This document shows positions 9,446 through 19,749 of a stretch of DNA of 64,000 nucleotides, one piece after another. Within the stretch, counting starts at the first letter, position 1, and every line of letters begins with the position of its first letter. The stretch is from an uncultured Eubacteriales bacterium (lineage in GTDB: Bacteria > Acidobacteriota > Aminicenantia > Aminicenantales > Aminicenantaceae). The notes under the pieces were generated by a model, which did no database searches, was not told the origin of the DNA, and saw only the letters and a list, made by a program, of their open reading frames with translations. The stretch covers positions 158-64,157 of the forward strand of contig CAYULB010000002.1 in NCBI GenBank assembly GCA_964445575.1, in the 5' to 3' direction. A program made the position numbers and the translations under genes.

Positions 9446-10204
9446 ATGAAAAAATCCCTATCCATAGCAGCTCTGTTCCTTGTGATTCTCAGCGTGGCTT
9501 CACTGCCCTCATACTGCAACCCAGCCCAGGAGCACAAAACAGACCACAAGGCTGCTGAAATCCTGTCTAAAATGATAGATGCTCAGGGCGGCAGAGAAAG
9601 AATTCAGAAAATCAAGGATACCACTGTAACCGGGACTATAGAACTGACACAATTTGGGATGGAAGGAACTCTCACTCTCTATCACAAAGAACCGGATAAA
9701 ATGCGTATGGATATAGAGATGATGGGAATGCTTATCACTCAAGCTTATGATGGAAAAACTGCCTGGATGTTCAATTCTCAGACAGGAGAAAATGAAGAAG
9801 TTCCCGAACAAGTGGCTGCTGAATTAAAAAGAGAGGCCTTTGGGAATGACTCTCTCCTCAACCCAAAAAAATACGGTATCCATTATACCTATGAAGGGAC
9901 AGAGACCATAGATGGAAAAGAACATCATGTTCTCATCCAGCACTTCAATGACGGATTTGAAGCTGTTCTGTATGTAAATGGAAACACTTATTTAACCACC
10001 AAGAGTAAGGCAACAACCCTAGACCCTCAAACTGGGATAGAAGTTCTGGTTGAGACCTTCCAGTCCGACTACAAAGAAGTAGAGGGTACCGTAGTGGCTC
10101 ATTCCATCATTTCCTACAGAGACGGAGAAGAATTTATGGTCTCCACCATCTCTGAAGTGAATTACAACACCGGCTTGAAAGACTCTTTGTTTAAGATGGA
10201 TTGA
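9446..10204 (+). CDS. Secreted or lipoprotein of the outer-membrane lipoprotein-sorting (LolA-fold) type
   Basis: AGGAGG RBS and a signal peptide. Size and beta-rich composition resemble proteins usually annotated as outer membrane lipoprotein-sorting protein. Recognition is by resemblance only. Confidence 0.5.
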   Translation: MKKSLSIAALFLVILSVASLPSYCNPAQEHKTDHKAAEILSKMIDAQGGRERIQKIKDTTVTGTIELTQFGMEGTLTLYHKEPDKMRMDIEMMGMLITQAYDGKTAWMFNSQTGENEEVPEQVAAELKREAFGNDSLLNPKKYGIHYTYEGTETIDGKEHHVLIQHFNDGFEAVLYVNGNTYLTTKSKATTLDPQTGIEVLVETFQSDYKEVEGTVVAHSIISYRDGEEFMVSTISEVNYNTGLKDSLFKMD

Positions 10205-10207
10205 GTT

Positions 10208-11122
10208 CTATTCCTCTATTTCTGCCAGCACCCGGTGAGCAAGTTTAAGAGCCCGGACACCTTCGGCCCCGCTCACCTTCCTCTGTTTGCCGTCATCAAG
10301 GCATTTAAAGAAATTGATCAGCTCCTTTTTCAGGGGTTCTTCTTTTTTTATTTCTAAGGACTTTATATCAGTTTGTCGTCCGTTCAATGGAAAAACCTTG
10401 ATCTCCTGGTCTATATAGTCTATGGAATAATAGGAAGTAGGTTCAAATATTCTTAAATTTCTGACCTTTCCCTGATGAACACGGCTGGCTGTCAAGGTAG
10501 CCACACATCCTGATTTAAACTCAAGCCTGGCATTGGCTATATCAAATTTTTCTGAAAGCACGTGAATACCGGAAGACCTTATAACCTCAACTTCATCGTC
10601 TATCAAGTCAAGGATGATATCCAGGTCATGGATCATCAAATCCAATACCACATTGGTGTCCAATGAACGGGCTGAGAAAGAGCCTAACCTTTGAACCTCA
10701 ATAAACTTTGGTTCAGTTATGAGATATTTCAGTTTTTCAACAGCAGGATTGAATCTTTCTAAATGGCCGACCTGCAGAATGAGCCCTTTCTTTTTTGCCA
10801 GATCAACCAGCTCTTCTCCCTGCTCAACTGTATCTGTAATGGGTTTTTCAACCAATACAGACTTGCCTTCCATAAGCAGCTTTTTAGCGATTGGAAAATG
10901 CTCATTGGTAGTGGTTGCCACGATACCTACATCAATTTCACCAAGCATATCCTCAAAATTCTCATAATAGGGAACCCGGTGACGGTTGCCTATGACCATA
11001 GCTTTATTTTTATCTATATCGGCAACCGCTTTCAAATCAGCTTCTTCAAGATAGGAGAGGATCCGGGCATGCTGGGTCCCAAGATATCCGACTCCGATGA
11101 TTCCAACTCTTTTCTTTGCCAT
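10208..11122 (-). CDS. Gfo/Idh/MocA-family NAD(P)-dependent oxidoreductase (possible GnnA-like UDP-GlcNAc 3-dehydrogenase)
   Basis: N-terminal Rossmann motif KRVGIIGVGYLGTQHARIL and an EKP motif (VLVEKPI). Located directly downstream of lpxA-lpxI. Confidence 0.75.
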   Translation of the reverse strand: MAKKRVGIIGVGYLGTQHARILSYLEEADLKAVADIDKNKAMVIGNRHRVPYYENFEDMLGEIDVGIVATTTNEHFPIAKKLLMEGKSVLVEKPITDTVEQGEELVDLAKKKGLILQVGHLERFNPAVEKLKYLITEPKFIEVQRLGSFSARSLDTNVVLDLMIHDLDIILDLIDDEVEVIRSSGIHVLSEKFDIANARLEFKSGCVATLTASRVHQGKVRNLRIFEPTSYYSIDYIDQEIKVFPLNGRQTDIKSLEIKKEEPLKKELINFFKCLDDGKQRKVSGAEGVRALKLAHRVLAEIEE

Positions 11123-11223
11123 TGGTATCTACTCTTTCTTTCTCTGATTTCCTGTTTTTGGACCTTTGACCTTATAGTTTAATTCCTCTGAAAAAAATAT
11201 TCAAATGATTTCAGCCACCACTC

Positions 11224-12036
11224 TTAGTTTTTAGCGATAATGGAAATATTGTTTTCCTCAACCAGATTCAAAGCCTTTTGTTTGTTTAGAAAAAGAACCT
11301 TTCCTGCTTCTATACAAAGCGCTGAACATCTTGCTCTTTTAAGGCTTTTGATCGTTCTCAATCCCACAGCTGGCTGGTCAATTCTTGCATCCTGATGTGT
11401 CCTGGCAGCTTTAAGAACCACACACCCCTTTCCTGCAATGGACCCTGCCCTGATAATGGTTTGATCGGTTCCTTCCATTCCTTCAACAGCAACCACCGCT
11501 TTATTTTTTATCACCACTGTCTGACCTACTTCCAGATCCGCCATCTTTCTTGCAATAGACCATCCATATTTGATTTCATCATTGATTTCCGCAGAGACGG
11601 GGTTCCTGGTTAAAACTCCTGGTTCACAGAAAAGATCTGAAAGAAACCCAGAAGGATCCATGACTTCAATCCCCAGGTTTTCAATATAATCAAATACAGC
11701 TCTTAGAATTTCATCCGGATTCCTGTTTTTGGTGCCCTCTAAAAGGAAGGATAACGGCAAAGGAAAATCTGCTCTGGAATAAATAATTCTGTGTTTGACT
11801 TTCCCTGCCAGTACCACCTTACTGACTCTGTGGTCTTTAAACCAGGATAACAGGTTCAAAAAATCTTTCACCTCAAAACTTTCGAACAAGTCTGCCTGCT
11901 TTTTAATCTGTTGACTGAACTTGTTCCCCACCCCTGCAACAAAACAAGCAGCGCCTTCTTTTTTTGCTTTTCTGCATATGTATTCAGGTATTTCTCCTGA
12001 ACCGGCAATAATGCCTAACCTTATTTCTTTTTTCAC
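11224..12036 (-). CDS. lpxI: UDP-2,3-diacylglucosamine hydrolase LpxI (DUF1009 family)
   Basis: LGIIAGSGEIP N-terminus. EVGQTVVIKNKAVVAVEGMEGTDQTIIRAG and DQPAVG match Caulobacter LpxI motifs as I remember them. Overlaps the lpxA stop by 4 nt. Confidence 0.8.
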   Translation of the reverse strand: MKKEIRLGIIAGSGEIPEYICRKAKKEGAACFVAGVGNKFSQQIKKQADLFESFEVKDFLNLLSWFKDHRVSKVVLAGKVKHRIIYSRADFPLPLSFLLEGTKNRNPDEILRAVFDYIENLGIEVMDPSGFLSDLFCEPGVLTRNPVSAEINDEIKYGWSIARKMADLEVGQTVVIKNKAVVAVEGMEGTDQTIIRAGSIAGKGCVVLKAARTHQDARIDQPAVGLRTIKSLKRARCSALCIEAGKVLFLNKQKALNLVEENNISIIAKN

Positions 12037-12833
12037 TGCTGTTTTTTTAAAATTCCCCTTTTGGATGTCTTTATAAATTCCAAGATTTCATTTCTGTCTT
12101 CCGAAGGTTCAATCTCATTTTTTATCTTCTCTACGGCCTGATTGGTGTTTAAGTCCGAATGATAGATCAATTTGTACATTTTTTTTATGGTCTGTATTCT
12201 CTCTCTTGAAAATCCGCACCTTCGCAGACCAATGGCATTGATGCCGTAAAAATGAGTGGGGCGGCTGCCCGCCACCCGAGAAAAGGGAAGGACATCCTGG
12301 GTTATGACCGATTGCCCCCCGATAAAACTGTATTTTCCCAACCTGCAGAACGGATGCAAACCGCTCAGGGCTCCTACCTGCACATAATCGTCAACAAAAC
12401 AGTGACCTCCTAAAGTCGCCCCATTAATAAAAACGACATGGCATCCCACCACACAGTCATGGGCAATGTGAGAATAGGCCATAAAGTAATTGTCATCCCC
12501 GATCCGGGTTTCTTGCCTTCCTTTTAAGGTTCCTCTGTTGACAGTTATAAATTCCCTGAATACATTTTTACTTCCGATGATTACCCGGGTTGGCTCCTGG
12601 CTGTAGGTGAAATCCTGGGGCTCTGTCCCGATGGAAACATAGGGAGAAAAAAAATTGCCCTCTCCGATTTGAGTGGAACCGGCTATACAAACATGAGCCT
12701 GTATTCGAGTCCCTTTGCCTATAGATACCTGCTTTTCTATAACGGAAAAAGGGCCTATATAAACACCTTTATCCAGCTGAGCCTTTTTATGGACCTCTGC
12801 TTGGGGATGAATAAATGTTTCACTTCTGTTCAT
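12033..12833 (-). CDS. lpxA: Acyl-ACP--UDP-N-acetylglucosamine O-acyltransferase
   Basis: Left-handed beta-helix hexapeptide repeats, followed by the typical LpxA C-terminal helical domain (GLRRCGFSRERIQTIKKMYKLIY). Confidence 0.9.
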   Translation of the reverse strand: MNRSETFIHPQAEVHKKAQLDKGVYIGPFSVIEKQVSIGKGTRIQAHVCIAGSTQIGEGNFFSPYVSIGTEPQDFTYSQEPTRVIIGSKNVFREFITVNRGTLKGRQETRIGDDNYFMAYSHIAHDCVVGCHVVFINGATLGGHCFVDDYVQVGALSGLHPFCRLGKYSFIGGQSVITQDVLPFSRVAGSRPTHFYGINAIGLRRCGFSRERIQTIKKMYKLIYHSDLNTNQAVEKIKNEIEPSEDRNEILEFIKTSKRGILKKQQ

Positions 12834-13302
12834 TCATCTCCTCTCGAGTGAGGAATGACGCGATGATGTCAGCTTCCACGGCAATTTCTCCGTCCACTAA
12901 AGCTTTTCCCCGAACCTCGCAAAACCTTTTCCTCATCTTAACCAGCTCAACATAGAGCTCGATCTGATCCCCAGGAACAACCGGCTTTCTGAACTTTGCA
13001 TTGCTGACTTTACTCAGCATCATAAGCTTCGATCCCGGCTCAGGAACAGTATGATAAACAAGAATTCCTCCGCTTTGAGCTATGGCTTCGATGATAAGCA
13101 CTCCCGGCATAATCTTGTTTTCTGGGAAGTGGCCGTTGAAAAAAGGCTCATTATAAGTCACATTTTTAATGGCTGACACAGACTTTCCTTTTTTAAGTTC
13201 TGTTACTCTGTCCACAAGTAGAAAAGGATACCGATGGGGAAGGATTTGCTGGATTTCTTTTATATGGATAAAATTATTCTTACTTCTGGGCTTTTTGCGC
13301 AT
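12820..13302 (-). CDS. fabZ: 3-hydroxyacyl-ACP dehydratase
   Basis: LPHRYPFLLVDRV, FFNGHFPENKIMPGVLIIEAIAQ. Confidence 0.92.
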   Translation of the reverse strand: MRKKPRSKNNFIHIKEIQQILPHRYPFLLVDRVTELKKGKSVSAIKNVTYNEPFFNGHFPENKIMPGVLIIEAIAQSGGILVYHTVPEPGSKLMMLSKVSNAKFRKPVVPGDQIELYVELVKMRKRFCEVRGKALVDGEIAVEADIIASFLTREEMNEQK

Positions 13303-13816
13303 CGTATCTCTGGATCACAGCTTGAGTGACATCAACGGTCGGACTGACATATATTGCTCCGCTTCTCTGTAAGTCAAAAATAATACTCAATCCTTTCTCC
13401 TTGCCGATCTGTTCAATAATGGGCATCACCTCGTTCTGGATCTTCTGGAAAAGTCTTGCAGCCGTCTCATTCATATCTCTTTGGCTGTCCTCGGACATTC
13501 TTTGTCTTTCTGTTTTCAGCCTCTCCAGGTCTGAATTGAGGTTAATACTTGCTTCCTGAGTCAGAGTCAAACTCTGAGTGTTTATCTTTTTCTGCAGGTC
13601 GCGAATTTCCTCATCTTTTTTTGCCAGGAGTTCCTGGTTGGCTTTTTCCTTCTCTCTAAGCTGGGCCAGTACTTTCTTTCCTTCAATGGAATTTTCCAGT
13701 ATTTGTTGAGAATCAACCACTCCCACCTCTGTAGCTTCCTGAGCTTGGCCTGCAGAAAATAAAACCGCCAGAACAAGTGTAAGAAAAAGAATCTTGCTTG
13801 TACTCCTTACTAACAT
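13280..13816 (-). CDS. skp: OmpH/Skp periplasmic chaperone
   Basis: Signal peptide and a coiled-coil-rich 178-aa protein, between bamA and fabZ as in the canonical envelope cluster. Confidence 0.8.
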   Translation of the reverse strand: MLVRSTSKILFLTLVLAVLFSAGQAQEATEVGVVDSQQILENSIEGKKVLAQLREKEKANQELLAKKDEEIRDLQKKINTQSLTLTQEASINLNSDLERLKTERQRMSEDSQRDMNETAARLFQKIQNEVMPIIEQIGKEKGLSIIFDLQRSGAIYVSPTVDVTQAVIQRYDAQKAQK

Positions 13817-13853
13817 GTTAAACCTCCTCTTTTAAATTAGAAAAGTATATTTC

Positions 13854-16214
13854 TTAAAATGTCGTTCCTATGGCAAAACGAAATTTAAAATTTGAATCTC
13901 CAGCCCGGGCTATTCGATTGTTGTAGGAGAATATAAGCCTGAAGGGAACTCTTAAAGCAGGAACAAATATTCTTGCCTCCAGCCCTGCTGAAGAATACAT
14001 ATCACCTATATCAATTTTTTGGGAAGAGCCATAAGCATTTCCCATATCATAGAAAAATATGGCATACACGGGTCCTCCAAGAGGAATGATGTATTCGGCA
14101 TTGAATATCAGAGCTTTTTCTCCGCCCATATTCACTCCCTCTTCATTCCGAGGCCCTATGGTGTAGATATCATACCCCCGGATTGACCTTTCGCCCCCCA
14201 AATAAAATCTCTCCCAAAATGGAACCGCTGAATCTCCAGTGGGTTTGATGAATTTGTATTCAACATGAAAACCAAGAGATGTATTTTTAATCACAGGCTT
14301 ATATAAAGTCCACTCGAAGCGGGGTTTTATCATAGAAATATCACCGCCTAAAATTCCCCCTGCAAATTTACAATCTACCAGATAAAGGGTTCCTCTAGAG
14401 GGAGTTAAAGGACTGTCCACAGTGTTTCGGTATATCATGGGAGAAAGGCTGCTTATATTGTATTTGCCGTAGCCGAATCCCCCTCCATAGTAGTATGGAT
14501 TATACCCATAACTACCTCCATACATAGAAGCTGTATAGGGATCATAATAGGGGAAATAGTCCTCCTCACCTGTATATTCACTTATATCCAAATATTCAAA
14601 TCCATAAGAAAGCCGGGCTCTCCAGTATCCCTTTATTCGTCCTCCTACATGAAAGTTTATTCCTCTCCCTTTTCTGTTAAACAATCCTGGATAAATCATT
14701 TCCTGATTGTGAATGTTAAAGCCGGTATTTACAGGAAGGTCAAATATATACGGTTCAGTAAAACCAAATGAATAATTCTTTATCCGCTTTCCGTACATGG
14801 CGACCAATTCTAATTTCTCTCCAGCACCTAAAAAGTTCACTGTGGAATAACTCAAAGACACAAACGCTCCCTGGTATCCGCTGTATCCAGCTGTAAACTG
14901 AATGTTGTTTCTCTGTAATTCTGTCACATTAATGGTGATATCAACTTGAGATGGATCTTGGGGGTCAGGCTGAATAGCGGGGTCCTCTTTGATTTCAACA
15001 AGACCCAGCTGATTTATCCTGAGAAGGCTGTTCTTAAACAAATCATAACCGAACCGGCTTCCTTCGACAATCATCATCTCACGCCGCATTACTTTATCAT
15101 TGGTATAAACATTTCCATTAAACTCGATCCTATGAACGTAGGCTACCGGACCTTCTATAATGTTATAGGTCACATTGACTTTCTTGTTTTTAGGGTCAAG
15201 CCTTTCAACGGGAATGATCCTGACATATAAATAACCAAAATTTTGATAGAGCTTGCTTATCTCTTCCACCCCTTTTTCTCTTTCTTCTATGCTGTAAACC
15301 TTTCCTTCCTTTAATGGAATCAGGGTTCGCAAGTTCCTTTCATTGAAAAATTCATTTCCTTCAATATTGACATCTCCCACAAAGTATAAATATCCCGCAT
15401 CCACAGGTATAATGATCTTTTTCATATTCTGTTTATTAAAGAAAATTGATCTTTTCTCTATCTCTTCAACTCTCGGTTCTCCAATCTGGACTTCCATAAA
15501 ACCATGCTCTTTGTATTTTTCCACCAAGTTCTGTACATCAGCTTCCAGCTGATCTGGTTTGAAAGTATCCTTTCCGCTGGCCCAAGACATGAAGCTATGT
15601 TCTCTGTTTTCTTTCAAAGCATTCATAAGAGTGCTTTCTCTGAGTTTAGGCTTTCCATCAAAAACAACATCCCCGATTTTTATTTTATGTCCCTCATCAA
15701 TATCAAAGATGATTTCAACTTCATTGGACCCTTTTGTTTTGACTTCTGTCTTTATTTTTCCAGAAGCAAGGCCCTTCTCTTCCATCATTTCTTCAATAGT
15801 CTTTTCTATCCTCTTTGTCTGGTAAGGCCTGTAATAGGAATGAGGAAGAATATTTACGTTCTCTTCTTTTAACTTATCTATAATATCCTTTTCTTTGATC
15901 TTTTTCCCTGTTTTATAAGTGATTTTCTTGATAACAGGATTTTCCTGGACAAAGACCTTGATTATCTTTCCTTTTTCCCCATCGTCCGCATTAATTTTTA
16001 TATCTGCAAAATACCCTGTAGCCCATAAAACCTTAAAGCCATCCCGGACAGCAGCCCTATTATAATAATCTCCTTCCTCAAAGGTAAGATAATAGAGGAC
16101 CATATCCTCTGTGACCCGTTCATTCCCAATGACTTCTATCTTTTCAATCACTTCCTGGCCCAAGAGCCCCAGAGGAAAAAGTGAAATTAAAAGTATCAAA
16201 ATTATTTTTTTCAT
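13854..16214 (-). CDS. bamA: Outer membrane protein assembly factor BamA
   Basis: Signal peptide, repeated POTRA-like modules (IEKIEVIGNERV...), and a C-terminal Omp85 barrel ending FRFAIGTTF. Confidence 0.9.
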   Translation of the reverse strand: MKKIILILLISLFPLGLLGQEVIEKIEVIGNERVTEDMVLYYLTFEEGDYYNRAAVRDGFKVLWATGYFADIKINADDGEKGKIIKVFVQENPVIKKITYKTGKKIKEKDIIDKLKEENVNILPHSYYRPYQTKRIEKTIEEMMEEKGLASGKIKTEVKTKGSNEVEIIFDIDEGHKIKIGDVVFDGKPKLRESTLMNALKENREHSFMSWASGKDTFKPDQLEADVQNLVEKYKEHGFMEVQIGEPRVEEIEKRSIFFNKQNMKKIIIPVDAGYLYFVGDVNIEGNEFFNERNLRTLIPLKEGKVYSIEEREKGVEEISKLYQNFGYLYVRIIPVERLDPKNKKVNVTYNIIEGPVAYVHRIEFNGNVYTNDKVMRREMMIVEGSRFGYDLFKNSLLRINQLGLVEIKEDPAIQPDPQDPSQVDITINVTELQRNNIQFTAGYSGYQGAFVSLSYSTVNFLGAGEKLELVAMYGKRIKNYSFGFTEPYIFDLPVNTGFNIHNQEMIYPGLFNRKGRGINFHVGGRIKGYWRARLSYGFEYLDISEYTGEEDYFPYYDPYTASMYGGSYGYNPYYYGGGFGYGKYNISSLSPMIYRNTVDSPLTPSRGTLYLVDCKFAGGILGGDISMIKPRFEWTLYKPVIKNTSLGFHVEYKFIKPTGDSAVPFWERFYLGGERSIRGYDIYTIGPRNEEGVNMGGEKALIFNAEYIIPLGGPVYAIFFYDMGNAYGSSQKIDIGDMYSSAGLEARIFVPALRVPFRLIFSYNNRIARAGDSNFKFRFAIGTTF

Positions 16215-16292
16215 CTCTCTATCCTTATATCATATTTGCCTCTAAAAATAAAGATGACCGCCTCTTTTCTTTCTGCAGAAGAATCTTTTTTT

Positions 16293-16994
16293 TCAGTAAT
16301 TTAAACTTGAAGGGGAAGGGAAAAGTTTCAAGTCTTTGCCTTCCATCAAATAAACCTTATCGCAAAACCGGGCAATTTTTTCATTGTGCGTTACAATGAT
16401 AGAAGACAGACCTTTCTTATTGTGGAGTTCCCGAATAAGCTTCAATATCTTTTCGCCTGTTTTCCAATCCATGTTTCCAGTGGGTTCATCAGCCAGAAGG
16501 ATGCCCGGTTCATTGATTAAAGCCCGGGCAATGGCCACTCTCTGCTGTTCTCCACCAGAAAGCTGAGAGACCCGGACCAAAGCCTTATCTTCTAAATACA
16601 CTTCCCTGAGCCTTTTCAGGGCTTTCTGGCCAGCTTCTTTATGATCACAACCGCTTATTAATAGAGGAAAACTTACATTTTCCTGGGCATTAAATTCAGG
16701 AAGGAGATGATAGAATTGGAAAATAAAACCAATTTTTTTGTTTCTTATTTCTGCCTTTTTCACAGGGTCTTTTTTGTTTATATCTTCTCCTTCAATCAAT
16801 ATCTTTCCTTGGGTGGGTTTGTCCAAAGCCCCACATAAATTGAGAAAGGTGGTCTTTCCTACTCCAGAAACTCCCATTATGGATACCAGTTCGTTCCTCT
16901 TCAGTGAAAAATTAACATTTTTAAACACACAAAGTTTCCCATTAGGAAGCGAATACTCCTTCTTTAGATTCACAATCTCAAGCACATTACTCAT
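16293..16994 (-). CDS. lolD: Lipoprotein-releasing system ATP-binding protein
   Basis: Walker [10 protein letters not shown], signature [15 protein letters not shown], Walker [11 protein letters not shown]. Overlaps the upstream LolC/E-type permease gene. Confidence 0.85.
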   Translation of the reverse strand: MSNVLEIVNLKKEYSLPNGKLCVFKNVNFSLKRNELVSIMGVSGVGKTTFLNLCGALDKPTQGKILIEGEDINKKDPVKKAEIRNKKIGFIFQFYHLLPEFNAQENVSFPLLISGCDHKEAGQKALKRLREVYLEDKALVRVSQLSGGEQQRVAIARALINEPGILLADEPTGNMDWKTGEKILKLIRELHNKKGLSSIIVTHNEKIARFCDKVYLMEGKDLKLFPSPSSLNY

Positions 16995-18207
16995 ACTTTA
17001 AAGCTCCAGCAGGATCGATTTTAGAAGCTCTCTGTGAAGGAAACAGGGTTGAAACAAAGCTAATCAAAATCGCAGAAAACACAATGATCAACAAATCCAA
17101 AATACCGATTTTAAAAGGGACAAAGGGAATTTGATATATATCCACAGGAACTTTAATCAATTCAAATGTATTGGCGAACCAACACCATGCCAATCCCAGA
17201 ACCGTACCTATAAATGTCCCCAGAATCCCTATAGTAGCGCCCTGAAGGAAAAAAATCTTTCTTATGCTTTTGGATGTAGCTCCCATGGCCATTAAGATTC
17301 CAATGTCCTTGGTTTTTTCCATAACCATAAGAATAAGGGTGGCAATGATGTTTAAAGCAGCCACCAAAATGATTAAGGCTATGGTAAAAAACATAAGCTT
17401 TTTCTCAAGTTTAAGGGCTGAAAACAAAGATTCGTTCATCTCCATCCAGGTAGTGACATATGTTTCTGGAGGAAGGATATCTCTTATTTCTTCCTTCAGG
17501 TCTGGTGCCTTAAATATGTTTTTAATCTTTATCTGAATCAGGTTGACATTCTCATGAAGCCCGATTATATCCTGGGCTGTTTTTAAATTCACCAGCACTG
17601 TGGAGGCATCATATTCATACAACCCAGTTCGAAATATTCCTGTGACCCGCAGTTTTTTGATTTTTGGAAAAAGTCCTGTTGGTGTCAGCCGATTGGATAA
17701 AGAAAGCACGGTTACCACATCTCCCACTCCAGCTCCTATCTCAAAGGCCAGGTCCCAGCCCAACAAAATATCTCCCCTGTCTGAATCAACGTCTGGAACA
17801 GTGCCCCGCTCTAATTTCTCTTTCCAAAAAGATTCGCTTTCTTTTCTTTTAAAATCAAATCCTCTTAAAATGACCCCTGAGTTTTTATAAGGGCCCCTTA
17901 TCAGAACAGTCTTGTAAGCAACCGGACTCACTTCAGTGACTTCGTCAATTTTTTTGACATTTTCTATAAATGTCTCGTAATCTGAAATGCCCTTACCAGA
18001 TAAATCAGAAGCCATGAGGTGGGAAGTGGAGCCTAAAATTTTATCCTGAACATCTCTCTGGAACCCGGTTATAAGTGCAATGGCAATGATTAAAGCCATC
18101 ACCCCGATAGTAATCCCCAATACTGAAATTAAGGTAATGACCGAAATAAAGGCCTGCTTCCTTTTGGCTGTAAGATATCTTTTGGCTACAAACCATTCAA
18201 ACTTCAT
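16987..18207 (-). CDS. Lipoprotein-releasing system permease (LolC/LolE family)
   Basis: 406 aa, N-terminal FEWFVAKRYL, MacB-like periplasmic domain and a C-terminal FtsX domain. Translationally coupled to lolD. Confidence 0.85.
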   Translation of the reverse strand: MKFEWFVAKRYLTAKRKQAFISVITLISVLGITIGVMALIIAIALITGFQRDVQDKILGSTSHLMASDLSGKGISDYETFIENVKKIDEVTEVSPVAYKTVLIRGPYKNSGVILRGFDFKRKESESFWKEKLERGTVPDVDSDRGDILLGWDLAFEIGAGVGDVVTVLSLSNRLTPTGLFPKIKKLRVTGIFRTGLYEYDASTVLVNLKTAQDIIGLHENVNLIQIKIKNIFKAPDLKEEIRDILPPETYVTTWMEMNESLFSALKLEKKLMFFTIALIILVAALNIIATLILMVMEKTKDIGILMAMGATSKSIRKIFFLQGATIGILGTFIGTVLGLAWCWFANTFELIKVPVDIYQIPFVPFKIGILDLLIIVFSAILISFVSTLFPSQRASKIDPAGALKYE

Positions 18208-18234
18208 GGGATTAGATCCTGTAGAATCCAGAGG

Positions 18235-19749
18235 TCATGACTTGTTTTTTCTTCCTTTCGGGCGAAGAAGTGGAAACAGAATAACTTCCCTTATGGAATG
18301 CCGGTCAGTAAAAATCATGACCAGACGGTCAATCCCGATTCCATCCCCTCCTGTGGGGGGGAGACCGTATTCCAGTGCCTGGATATAGTCATAGTCCACC
18401 ACATGAGACTCCTCATCTCCTTTTTTTCTTTCCTTTGCTTGCTGTAAAAATCTTTTTTTCTGCTCCTCGGGATCGGTTAATTCACTAAAAGCATTCGCCA
18501 CTTCCATACCTGCGATGACCAGTTCGAATCTTTCGGCTTCATCCGGATTTTTTTCAGAAGCTTTGGCAAGAGGAGAAATCTCCTTTGGCAGGTTGGTCAC
18601 AAAAGTGGGTTGAGTCAAATTAGGCTTTACATATTTATCAAAAACAATATCCAGTGCTTTCCCGTAAGAAAGGATATCATTCCCGCCGCTTAGATCAGAT
18701 GCAAATTGAATGATCCCTTTTTTATCATCAAAACGACTGGGAGCCAGACCGCTGTACTTTGAGAGGGCATCCATGAATTTTATCCTCTTCCATGGTCTTT
18801 TAAATGAAATCTTGTGCTCTCCATAAGTGACTTCTTCCTTTCCTTTGAGCTCCACGCTCAGCACATGAATCAATTCTTCGGTGATTTCCATCATGTCATT
18901 ATAGTCACAGTAGGCCTCATAAAACTCCAGCATAGTGAACTCAGGGTTGTGTTCTGATGAGATCCCCTCGTTTCTGAAGTTCCTGTTGATTTCATAGACC
19001 TTTTCCATTCCCCCGACCACCAATCTCTTTAAATACAGCTCGGGAGCGATTCTTAAAAATAGTTCGATTCCTAAAGCATTATGAAATGTCTTAAACGGTT
19101 TAGCCAGCGCACCTCCTGGGATTGGCTGCATCATTGGAGTCTCAACTTCCACATACCCCTTGTTATTGAAAAATTCTCTTATTTTAGTGATCATCTGGCT
19201 TCTCAATCGAAAGACCTCCACTTCCTCAGGATTAACAATCAAATCAAGATGCCTTTTCCTGTAGCGAAGTTCAGTATCACGCAGACCATGCCATTTTTCT
19301 GGTAAGGGATTGAGACATTTTGCCAGAAAATCAAATGAATCTAAAAGGACAGTCAGTTCATGGGTTCTGGTTTTGAAGACGATGCCTTCCACAGCAATGA
19401 TGTCACCTATATCCACAAGTGAAAACAAATCAAATGTCTTTTCTCCTACCCGGTCCTTTCGGATATAACCCTGAAACTTGGTTCGGCTGTCTTTGATATG
19501 AAAAAAAACAGCCCTTCCCATCTCTCTTATAGATACGATGCGGCCTGCAACTTTTACTCTAATTTTTTGCTTTTCCAGGTCTTCGGCTTTATAATCTGAA
19601 TATTCAGAAACCACATCATAGAGCGAATGAGTTACATTGGCCTTGTGAGGAAAAATCTCCATTCCTCTTTGGGCCAATTTTCTCATCTTTTCTTTTCTGA
19701 CTCGTTTCTGTGTGCTCTTTCCTGATAATTTTTGTCTTTTTTTATCCAT
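18235..19749 (-). CDS. lysS: Lysine--tRNA ligase, class II
   Basis: OB-fold anticodon-binding domain followed by a class II catalytic core (FRNEGIS..HNPEFTMLEFY, GGDGIGIDRLVM). Confidence 0.95.
   Translation of the reverse strand: MDKKRQKLSGKSTQKRVRKEKMRKLAQRGMEIFPHKANVTHSLYDVVSEYSDYKAEDLEKQKIRVKVAGRIVSIREMGRAVFFHIKDSRTKFQGYIRKDRVGEKTFDLFSLVDIGDIIAVEGIVFKTRTHELTVLLDSFDFLAKCLNPLPEKWHGLRDTELRYRKRHLDLIVNPEEVEVFRLRSQMITKIREFFNNKGYVEVETPMMQPIPGGALAKPFKTFHNALGIELFLRIAPELYLKRLVVGGMEKVYEINRNFRNEGISSEHNPEFTMLEFYEAYCDYNDMMEITEELIHVLSVELKGKEEVTYGEHKISFKRPWKRIKFMDALSKYSGLAPSRFDDKKGIIQFASDLSGGNDILSYGKALDIVFDKYVKPNLTQPTFVTNLPKEISPLAKASEKNPDEAERFELVIAGMEVANAFSELTDPEEQKKRFLQQAKERKKGDEESHVVDYDYIQALEYGLPPTGGDGIGIDRLVMIFTDRHSIREVILFPLLRPKGRKNKS

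Noticed and set aside
10763-11182. 139-aa plus-strand ORF overlapping the Gfo/Idh/MocA gene start
   Set aside because: It is antisense to a gene with a clear Rossmann N-terminus and has no motifs or RBS. It is a shadow ORF.
11190-11215. AAATGATTTCAGCCACCAC resembling the hairpin arm AATGAAATTCAGCCACACC of repeat copy 3
   Set aside because: Only a ~9-nt exact match is shared, which is expected about once by chance in a window of this size on two strands. No TIRs or the other arm of the hairpin are present.
16215-16292. Near-palindrome TTCTTCTGCAGAAAGAA after lolD, considered as a terminator or regulatory hairpin before bamA
   Set aside because: The stem is imperfect and centred on a PstI-like site. 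There is no T-run on the transcribed strand, and the flanking genes are probably co-transcribed.
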